Shown: positions 37,216-44,974 of the stretch, piece by piece
Layout: each line of letters starts with the position of its first letter
How positions within the stretch are numbered: position 1 is the stretch's first letter
Sequence record: OP589283.1
Strand: one strand, 5' to 3'
Length of the DNA stretch: 64,000 bases
Notes under the pieces: model-generated
What the model was told of the DNA's origin: nothing
The model's database searches: none
Seen by the model: the letters and a program-made list of their open reading frames with translations, nothing else
Position numbers and translations under genes: made by a program

Positions 37216-39405
37216 ATGAAACAAATGCAATTTAATTCGAGCATTGGTCCGGCTCAAAAAATCACGATTCGTGATTTACAAACTCAACTTGGCACCGGTG
37301 TACTGTCAGCCTTAACGGGTAATGAAGCGCTATCTGTGGTAGGTGATAAGCTTAGCACAGTGACCGGCTTTGAACACCTTAGTCAAACCCCTAACGTACA
37401 ACGTGTAGTTGGTGCTATTGCTCAACGTGGTACCGATACCTTTAAAGACTACATGTCAAGTGCTAACTTAGGTTCTGCTTCTTTATACAAAGAACTGGAA
37501 GCTTATGCTGGTGCGGAAGGTTTCTCTCTGCAACAATCTCCTGGTGCTGAAAAATCAATGAAGGCAGTTAACATTGCCTTAAACGCGCAAGCACAACTTC
37601 AAACTGAAGCTGCTGAAGCGATGTTCCGCACCATCACTATTCCTTACGAATATGAACAAATCGATTTCGTTGTTCGTTCTGCGGGTTTAGGTACTTACGT
37701 ATCTGGCGCCAACGCTTTCCAACGCGCTTCTGAATTACGTCCAATTTTCGGTCTGCTGCGCACTGGTGAAATTTTCACCAACGATTCACTGCGTATCTAC
37801 CCAGTTTACCCAGAACAAGCTAACGATCAAGCGCGTGCTAAGTTCGTTCCAGAAGCTGAATTCGCTCCATATGACGTTGTGTACAATCCTGGCGATGCTT
37901 ACGGTCGTGAAGCTCACCGCTCTTCAATGTTGGTTGTTCCTGTTAAACTTGAAAACCTGTTAGGTTTATCTCAAGCACCAGGTCAACGTCCTTGGACAAC
38001 AACTGACGAAATCGAAGCGTCTGCTGTATCTATCGACAAAGTAAAAATCAATGCTCGCTTTAACGGCAAAGACATCGTCTTCTTCGTTAACACCGCGACT
38101 ATGTCAAACAACACTTTCGGTGTGACTACCACTGGTCAAACATCTGATGAACGTGGTTTATCATTAGTAGTTAAAAACCTACCAGCGTCTGCTGTACTTG
38201 ACAAAGACAACAACAGTGCCGTTGCCCTGTTCGCTGATATGACCGCGTTAGGTTATCAACCTTTACTGAGCTTCTCTCTGAAGGGTTCTTTACAACGTCA
38301 AACCAACGAATTTGAACTGTCTTCAGGTTCTGCAACGATCACTGCGGTTTCTGCTGTTAGCGATAAAGAAGGTAAGCCAATCCCAGTTAACAGCATCCAA
38401 GAAGCGCCAGTTAAAACTATGGCACTTTCTTTTGGTGGTTCTGTTACCGGTGCTCACCCACGTCTGAACGTGAACAACATCTCTCAAGGTAACTTCGGTT
38501 ATCGCTTAGAAGTTTTCGATGCTCGTAAGCAATACGCTACTCGTCGTCGCGAACCAATCTCTGTGAAGTACCCAGTTACTAAAGAAGACGTTAACCAAGA
38601 ATCATTGGATGCCGCTATTGAACATATGTCAATTGCGATTAACAACCAATGTTCTAAAGATGCGTTCACCGAAGCGGCTAAACACCTCGAATACATCAAG
38701 TCTATCAACGGTCAAGGTGTAGTGTCTAACCAACAAGGTTCAAACGTTTTAGCGGGTCAACATTTCGTGACTGCAACCGCAGTTTCACGTACTCTGACAC
38801 TGCGTGATGTTATCTCTGTAACGAAGAACGAAGATTTATTCTTAGCGATTTGTGCAGCGTTAATCAACGAAACATCAGATATGGTTGCCGCGCTTGAAAC
38901 TCGTTCTGGTATCGCTTCTATCAAAGAATACGGTGCCATCAACGACATGAACTGGAACCTGATTACCCACCAAAACTTAGCACGTTTCTTCATCAAGTCT
39001 GGTGATATCCGTACTATCGGTGGCTGGTCTCGTATCAACGTGAAAGCGACTAACTTCGACAGCATGATTGGTCAAGCGTACTTAGTACCTGCTGACAACT
39101 CAACTGGTGATAATATCAACCCATTAACTGGTGTTGGTATTAACGTCGTGAAAGAAAACATCGTTGTCCAAGGTAACATGCATCGTGACCAACAACACTA
39201 CGGTGTTCTGTTGACTGTGCCTTCTTACCGCCACTGGGCACTGAACCCAGTTATCGGTCATCTGACCGTAACTGATGCTGCTGAGTTCCTGACTGACGAC
39301 GGTCTGTTAGCAAGCCTGACCAAACTGCGTATTGCTGCGGCTGATGCAGATGGCCTGTTAATCAACGATCCAAACAGCGGTACTCCTGTTAACCCAAATC
39401 CATAA
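37216..39405 (+). CDS. Major capsid protein (phiKZ gp120-like)
   Basis: 729 aa, strongest codon bias; propeptide GNE37/GFE53/GAE101; C-terminal SYRHWALNPVIG; order helicase-MCP-nvRNAP. Confidence 0.93.
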   Translation: MKQMQFNSSIGPAQKITIRDLQTQLGTGVLSALTGNEALSVVGDKLSTVTGFEHLSQTPNVQRVVGAIAQRGTDTFKDYMSSANLGSASLYKELEAYAGAEGFSLQQSPGAEKSMKAVNIALNAQAQLQTEAAEAMFRTITIPYEYEQIDFVVRSAGLGTYVSGANAFQRASELRPIFGLLRTGEIFTNDSLRIYPVYPEQANDQARAKFVPEAEFAPYDVVYNPGDAYGREAHRSSMLVVPVKLENLLGLSQAPGQRPWTTTDEIEASAVSIDKVKINARFNGKDIVFFVNTATMSNNTFGVTTTGQTSDERGLSLVVKNLPASAVLDKDNNSAVALFADMTALGYQPLLSFSLKGSLQRQTNEFELSSGSATITAVSAVSDKEGKPIPVNSIQEAPVKTMALSFGGSVTGAHPRLNVNNISQGNFGYRLEVFDARKQYATRRREPISVKYPVTKEDVNQESLDAAIEHMSIAINNQCSKDAFTEAAKHLEYIKSINGQGVVSNQQGSNVLAGQHFVTATAVSRTLTLRDVISVTKNEDLFLAICAALINETSDMVAALETRSGIASIKEYGAINDMNWNLITHQNLARFFIKSGDIRTIGGWSRINVKATNFDSMIGQAYLVPADNSTGDNINPLTGVGINVVKENIVVQGNMHRDQQHYGVLLTVPSYRHWALNPVIGHLTVTDAAEFLTDDGLLASLTKLRIAAADADGLLINDPNSGTPVNPNP

Positions 39406-39490
39406 ACCCTTATTACTACGGTAATTTAGGTACGGACGTCAATCAAGACGTGGGTGTTTAAAACGATGTAATAAGGGTTACCCCCTTTAT
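39393..39490 (+). promoter_or_regulatory. Candidate -1 frameshift cassette at the MCP 3' end
   Basis: C CCA AAT heptamer (39393-39399), 5-nt spacer, 12-bp helix 39405-39416/39468-39479 or alternative cUACGg hairpin; -1 frame open to TAA 39459-39461. Confidence 0.55.
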
Positions 39491-39500
39491 GTCATAACTA

Positions 39501-39534
39501 CCTACCCCTTCTGGTTAACGCCAGAAGGGGTAGG
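39501..39534 (+). terminator. MCP terminator
   Basis: 14-bp stem CCTACCCCTTCTGG / CCAGAAGGGGTAGG, then GGTTTT. Confidence 0.88.
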
Positions 39535-39603
39535 GGTTTTATGATCACTTTATAAAAACAAAACGCACTATTTATATACGTTTTCATAATTTACCTTATT
39601 TAA

Positions 39604-39624
39604 TTTCAACTCTACATTATTAAC
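39604..39624 (+). promoter_or_regulatory. Candidate early promoter for the nvRNAP-subunit operon
   Basis: TTTCAACTCTACATTATTAA, 17/20 identical to the 56857 copy; nvRNAP genes are expected to be early. Confidence 0.6.
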
Positions 39625-39679
39625 ATAGAAAGAATAACATATTCGTTAATATTTTTCAGAATTGAAACTGAGGTTCATT

Positions 39680-40927
39680 ATGTACGGAATACAATTTAGT
39701 ATACTCCATAAATTTGACCGCGCCAGTGTAAAACGCAACATAATGTTTGTTAGTTACGCTGGTGTCGGGGGAGAAATCAAACGTGCGGAGCACGATTACC
39801 TTTCTCCTAAAAATGCAATTGTTGTTAATTTACGTTTAGACATTGCTAACGTAAATGGGTTGTCTTTGAATCCTGAAAATTGTGCGTCGGGATTTGATAA
39901 AAGAATCGTTGAGGCATTAAAGGCTGAACGAGATAAACAGTTAAAAACATTAGTGTTATGTAACCCACACGCCGATGTAGATGTAGGTCATCTTAAATTT
40001 CATGAAGAGCGCCGTAACAGTGTGGAAGACATTTGTGATATGGATGTCTATACTGCTGAAATTTCCGGATTAACTGTAAAGATTATTTTTACTGCGGAAG
40101 AACTTGCAGCGTTAGAAAAGAAAGGGGAACTGTATTCTGATTTACTGGCGATTATCATAGAGTACCCAGAAGCCACGTATACAGAGAAATTCCGTAATAA
40201 GAATGGTGCATTACGTGCGTTAGAGTTTCAACGCATGCGTCGCATTAAAGAGGTTAAAGAACGGTATAAACTATTCGGGGATAACGGTAACGTTTATAAC
40301 TACTTTCTAAACGACCCTGAAAGGCGGGTCGGGGTACTGTACGTTAATCATTTGGGTATGGTGCGTAAAATCCAATCAGTGTCGTTAAATTATTTAAAGA
40401 AAGGATTGTTTATTTCTTTAGGGGAGAATGACCACTACGAAGAATTGATTGTTGAAATAGACGATATTCTTGATGGCAAAAGTGTGTCTTATGGCGTATA
40501 CCTAACAGAAGCACAAGCCAAAATGGGAACGAACAATAGTGAGGAAAATAAACAACTTACTAAGGAATTAGAAAAGACACAGGGGTTTTTAAAGGATAAA
40601 GTTAAAGACCTGGTTCGATTAACGGAACGTGCTGTTAAAGCAGAAGAATTAAATAGTGTGAAAGATAACGAATTAAAGTTACTTAAGCATGAATTGTCAA
40701 TAAAAGAATTATTGATTCGGGGGCGAGAACAAGGAATTAAAAATAAGGAGGATGTGTTTAAATTAAAAGAGTTGGAACAACGCCAAAAAGAATTGAATGA
40801 CAACAGTTTCTTTGGAAAACTTAAACGGTTCTTTAGTGGGCTATTCGAAATCGGTAAACATTTATTCGGTTTTGTGGATGGCGCAGCTAAAGCTAAGACG
40901 GGAGCAAAGGTGCTCGGAATAGGGTAG
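39680..40927 (+). CDS. Conserved protein with C-terminal coiled coil (gp122-like by position)
   Basis: GAGG RBS supports ATG 39680 (track start is TTG 39662). Confidence 0.8.
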   Translation: MYGIQFSILHKFDRASVKRNIMFVSYAGVGGEIKRAEHDYLSPKNAIVVNLRLDIANVNGLSLNPENCASGFDKRIVEALKAERDKQLKTLVLCNPHADVDVGHLKFHEERRNSVEDICDMDVYTAEISGLTVKIIFTAEELAALEKKGELYSDLLAIIIEYPEATYTEKFRNKNGALRALEFQRMRRIKEVKERYKLFGDNGNVYNYFLNDPERRVGVLYVNHLGMVRKIQSVSLNYLKKGLFISLGENDHYEELIVEIDDILDGKSVSYGVYLTEAQAKMGTNNSEENKQLTKELEKTQGFLKDKVKDLVRLTERAVKAEELNSVKDNELKLLKHELSIKELLIRGREQGIKNKEDVFKLKELEQRQKELNDNSFFGKLKRFFSGLFEIGKHLFGFVDGAAKAKTGAKVLGIG

Positions 40928-40932
40928 GCGAT

Positions 40933-42615
40933 ATGGAAGCAAGATTACTAGCGGCGGTTGATGAAACCATGCCTCGTTTCAATGCTAAAGTGATTGAAGG
41001 ATACCATAAAGAACAATTTGATCTTGGCCACAAAATTTACGAACATTACTTGAAGCAACTTTTTAAATACCTCCCTAAAAAAGGGGTACGCTATAAAGGG
41101 CTTGAGTTAGTTCAACCGAAAGAATTCATTCGGATGCTTAATGAAAGCAGTACTAAAATCTGTGATATTCATCGTGAAACTGTTTACCCTATTAAACATC
41201 ACTTTGAGTATTGTGACCACGGTACTTGGGTTCCTTTAAAACCAACGTATCAAATGTTGAGTTACACTAACGAATACGGTGATATCTTTTTACGTAATTC
41301 GTTTTATAACTTAACACTGGTGTTGTCTGACCGCGGGTTGTCCGTTACAAAAGAAAATAGTATCTTTATCAAGATATTAGGTTATAAGTTCAAAGTGACA
41401 ACTGAACCTTTCCGTTATTCATCTGTAATTACCTCTGAAGGGTTTGTGTCTACTGAACCTGTGGATATCAACATTTCGTGTAATCGTTTCTATAGTCCTC
41501 ATTTAAGTCGTCGTATCGACCCTAAAGTAAAAATTCCCAGACCATTATTAAGTTGGTATATTTTTGGTAACATGGGGTTTACTGAAGCGATGAGTCGTTA
41601 CAGTGAGTGTGAATTTGAAATGGGTAAGACAGACACAGTAACTGAATTATGTCGTAGCGACCAAGGTTGGCACGTTATGAAAGGTTACGGTGGTCCGCTG
41701 AATCGTTCATTAGGTCGTATTGTTGATAATGACTTTGCGATTGCCATTCGAAACAAAAATAAACAACGTAAAGAGTTAAGCCCGATGGGATTAAACTATG
41801 CGGCCAGTTTACTTTATGTTTCCGAATGCTGTAGTACTTATTTCGACATGAGCCAAATCGATAATCCCAGTTATTGGCGATTAATTATCGGTCGGTGTTC
41901 GGTTAAAAGTAATGACCCTGACGAATACATTATCAAATTAATGAACGAACATTTTGATAGCGTAGACGAATATTTGGATGACGATTCAATTAAACGTTTC
42001 CGTCGTCAAGGTATTGACTGTTCAGATATGTACGACCTGTTAAACTATATCAGCATTCATAGGGGGGAAATTGTTCAAACGGCTGACCGTGGGAATATGT
42101 TAGGTAAAGAACTTACGAGCATAGAACACACGTTAGATGTTTTATTAACTGCGGCAAATGGATTCAATCACGATGTGAAGAATACCAGCGATTTGACTCA
42201 GCGTAAAGTGGAACGGTTATTAACCGCTCATTTTAAACTGAAGAAAATTGACCACAGTTATCGCAGTAACATGGAGTTAGTTAATACTCCGACAGATTGT
42301 CCAATGACAGAACACGCATTGCGGATTATTTCACAGGACAAAGTAAATCCCCCCAAAGGCCAAGGGTCTAAAGAATTTGACCCGATGGATTCGGCAAACC
42401 TAATACACGCTAGCATACCTTTCGTTACAAGCTACTTGCGTATTACTGAGCCCAATCCAGATGGAAGGGGTCATGCAAATCCTTGTATCTATTTAGAAAA
42501 CGACAAAGTGACATCTATTAATCCAGATCTCATTCCGTTGTACGAAAGTATTAAAAAGCGTTTAGAGATAAGAGATAGCAAAAATGTCCAACAACTTGAT
42601 CAGACCGACGAATAA
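40933..42615 (+). CDS. Non-virion RNA polymerase beta N-terminal subunit (phiKZ gp123-like)
   Basis: N-terminal PRFNAKVIEG, GDIFLRNSFYNL...VLSDRGLS, C-terminal PNPDGRGHANP; position after MCP. Confidence 0.85.
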   Translation: MEARLLAAVDETMPRFNAKVIEGYHKEQFDLGHKIYEHYLKQLFKYLPKKGVRYKGLELVQPKEFIRMLNESSTKICDIHRETVYPIKHHFEYCDHGTWVPLKPTYQMLSYTNEYGDIFLRNSFYNLTLVLSDRGLSVTKENSIFIKILGYKFKVTTEPFRYSSVITSEGFVSTEPVDINISCNRFYSPHLSRRIDPKVKIPRPLLSWYIFGNMGFTEAMSRYSECEFEMGKTDTVTELCRSDQGWHVMKGYGGPLNRSLGRIVDNDFAIAIRNKNKQRKELSPMGLNYAASLLYVSECCSTYFDMSQIDNPSYWRLIIGRCSVKSNDPDEYIIKLMNEHFDSVDEYLDDDSIKRFRRQGIDCSDMYDLLNYISIHRGEIVQTADRGNMLGKELTSIEHTLDVLLTAANGFNHDVKNTSDLTQRKVERLLTAHFKLKKIDHSYRSNMELVNTPTDCPMTEHALRIISQDKVNPPKGQGSKEFDPMDSANLIHASIPFVTSYLRITEPNPDGRGHANPCIYLENDKVTSINPDLIPLYESIKKRLEIRDSKNVQQLDQTDE

Positions 42616-44857
42616 TGCTGGGGTAGCGATTCCACAATATCAACCCGGTGGAATGGGTCAACAGCAACAATACGCTCAACAATCCATCCAAGATAATCCG
42701 ATCACCAATGTAAACAACTATTTCCAACAAGGTGGTCAACAAAATGCACGAATGATTAACTGGGAAGCTGGTGCGGCGGCTGGTTATCAGGACCCCTATT
42801 TAGCGGAATTATCAGAAGCTGCTAAATTAGGGGGTGATGGTAATGTGGAGCTATTGGTAAAACACAAAGTATCACAAGCAGTAGTGTTTTACGCACGTTC
42901 ACTTGGCCAGAAGCAAGGTATCTTGTATGACGTTCATATGAATACCATTAAAAGTTTCAAGATTGATAAATACACCCGGCAAGAATGCCCTATCCATAGT
43001 AAGTTCATCGATACCATAACACGTAATATTCAATATATGAATATGATTATACGTAATTCGGCGGCTTTCTTTGGGTTTAAATTGGTTGGGATAGTGCGCA
43101 AGTCAAACAGCTTAGATGCGGATAGTTCACCCTTCAATCAAAACAATCTTTCAGCGGCAACCGAACATGCTACCAGAACAGTATTGTTTCTTGAAATGGT
43201 GAACTGGTTAGACAAAAGTAAACAAGGGAGGGAATACGCGTTTAATTTACCAGCGTCTATTAAAGAAGCGTTACTTAACCTGGAAAATATTCGAGAGTTT
43301 TCCAATAAAGTATTTGCTTATTTTGATGCGGTCAGTCCTTACATGGAATTATCCTTTTCTAAACCTAGCCCAGAGGCATACTCTATTATTAACCCTGCGT
43401 TAATGGAGAATGTCTTTGAGGATAATCCATCCGCTACTTGTTTTAGGTTACCCACTGGTAAAGTAGAAGATTGGTTAAATTATGAAGCCGATCGTTATGC
43501 TAAAGATGCACCTATTCAACCTAAATCGGTCAACACATATTCCGATGAATTAACTTGGGGGCGTAAAACACCTGAAATTGATTTAACACGATTATCGCGT
43601 GACAATATTCATCAGTATGATTTTAAGAAGTATTTTCATCCAGTACCCGGCCTTGATAATCATTACATTATCGATCCTAATCAATGGGCATGTATTGAAC
43701 GATTATACACCAACAATCCCGTTGGTGTTTGGGAGAATGCAGTTGTTGTTGTTCAGGCGAACATCGATGCGCTTAACCAAGGCGGGATGGTGGAATATGA
43801 GGCTAAACTTTGTAAAGTACCTAAGGGGGTAAACGTGTCTCAAGCATTAACTGACCCAGAAAAGATTTTACCTGTGTTGAAACTGGACAAAGACCAAGAC
43901 TTAGTGGTGGTAGAAATTTCTGAAGATAAAGCGACTAAAGCCATCGAAGAAAAGAAATCACTTGAAGTCATCCCTGAAGTATCGGAAGTTGGTTCAGTTA
44001 ATAAACTCATCGTAGTGCCAACTAAAGATAAAATCTTCTCTGCAAATGTTGACACCGTTCTTGAAGAAAGTGATGTTATCGCTCAAGCATTAACCGGCAA
44101 CAAGCTCAATACCGCTTCTGTTATTACAATAGAAGGTAAAGCAAACTTTACTGTAAACGACCCTGATGAAGTTGCGTACATTAAAGAAACTTATACTGAC
44201 CTCTTCTTGAGTAAGACACGCCCTCAAAATTTAAGTTGGTATAAGTTAATGGGGGTGCTAAAACGATTAACCAGAGACAACGATGTCAGTGAAGGGGTGG
44301 CTAACTTCTTAAAGATGTGTACCACCCAACAACTTAACAGTGTGCTTTCTGGTTGTTATGGGTTTGACTTAAACAGAGACGAACCTACGTTCTTAAAGTT
44401 AGACGATATCATTGACGATTTTGAAGATTTTGTTGAATATGCACGTGAAAACTCAACACAGTTATTTGAAGACATGCACAGTTTAGAAGACAACCCGTTG
44501 TTAGCTAACTCGTATGTATTAATTGATGATTTACTGGTCAACGTTAAGTCCATGCCGGATTCCACTATTCTTAAACAACGCAGTTTGTATTTAGGTAGGG
44601 AGTTTGTGCTTTACAGTATTAACTCCACCATCACACCTAAATTTAAACCCAACACCAAAACAAACGTTAATCGAAGTTTCTTCCCTTCGTTGTTTACTAC
44701 GTTGGATAATGTAACAGACATCAACAAAGGAGTATTGTTACGATTCAATAACGAAGAACGATTATGGTTAGTACAGCGTTCTGCGTTAACGGAAGACTTT
44801 ATGACGTTACGCGTATTAAAAGCAAATTCAACCTTACCTTGGACTGAGTTTGCGTAA
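42584..44857 (+). CDS. Large hypothetical protein with Q/N/G-rich N-terminus (757 aa)
   Basis: Long ORF overlapping the nvRNAP gene by 32 nt. Confidence 0.8.
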   Translation: MSNNLIRPTNNAGVAIPQYQPGGMGQQQQYAQQSIQDNPITNVNNYFQQGGQQNARMINWEAGAAAGYQDPYLAELSEAAKLGGDGNVELLVKHKVSQAVVFYARSLGQKQGILYDVHMNTIKSFKIDKYTRQECPIHSKFIDTITRNIQYMNMIIRNSAAFFGFKLVGIVRKSNSLDADSSPFNQNNLSAATEHATRTVLFLEMVNWLDKSKQGREYAFNLPASIKEALLNLENIREFSNKVFAYFDAVSPYMELSFSKPSPEAYSIINPALMENVFEDNPSATCFRLPTGKVEDWLNYEADRYAKDAPIQPKSVNTYSDELTWGRKTPEIDLTRLSRDNIHQYDFKKYFHPVPGLDNHYIIDPNQWACIERLYTNNPVGVWENAVVVVQANIDALNQGGMVEYEAKLCKVPKGVNVSQALTDPEKILPVLKLDKDQDLVVVEISEDKATKAIEEKKSLEVIPEVSEVGSVNKLIVVPTKDKIFSANVDTVLEESDVIAQALTGNKLNTASVITIEGKANFTVNDPDEVAYIKETYTDLFLSKTRPQNLSWYKLMGVLKRLTRDNDVSEGVANFLKMCTTQQLNSVLSGCYGFDLNRDEPTFLKLDDIIDDFEDFVEYARENSTQLFEDMHSLEDNPLLANSYVLIDDLLVNVKSMPDSTILKQRSLYLGREFVLYSINSTITPKFKPNTKTNVNRSFFPSLFTTLDNVTDINKGVLLRFNNEERLWLVQRSALTEDFMTLRVLKANSTLPWTEFA

Positions 44858-44871
44858 TTAGCAATATATGT

Positions 44872-44910
44872 ATAACCTACCCTACTCCGCAATGGAGTAG
44901 GGTAGGTTAT
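44872..44910. terminator. Bidirectional terminator
   Basis: 17-bp stem ATAACCTACCCTACTCC-gcaat-GGAGTAGGGTAGGTTAT; core identical to the 2211 terminator. Confidence 0.88.
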
Positions 44911-44974
44911 TAAGGTTATTTATTTTTTTGTTTAGGTGGAATAATCACCACACGTAGTTTAGGTTTAATAAACA

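Noticed and set aside
39403-39429. Stop-codon readthrough of MCP
   Set aside because: An in-frame TAG follows only 7 codons later (39427-39429); the -1 frame is the better candidate
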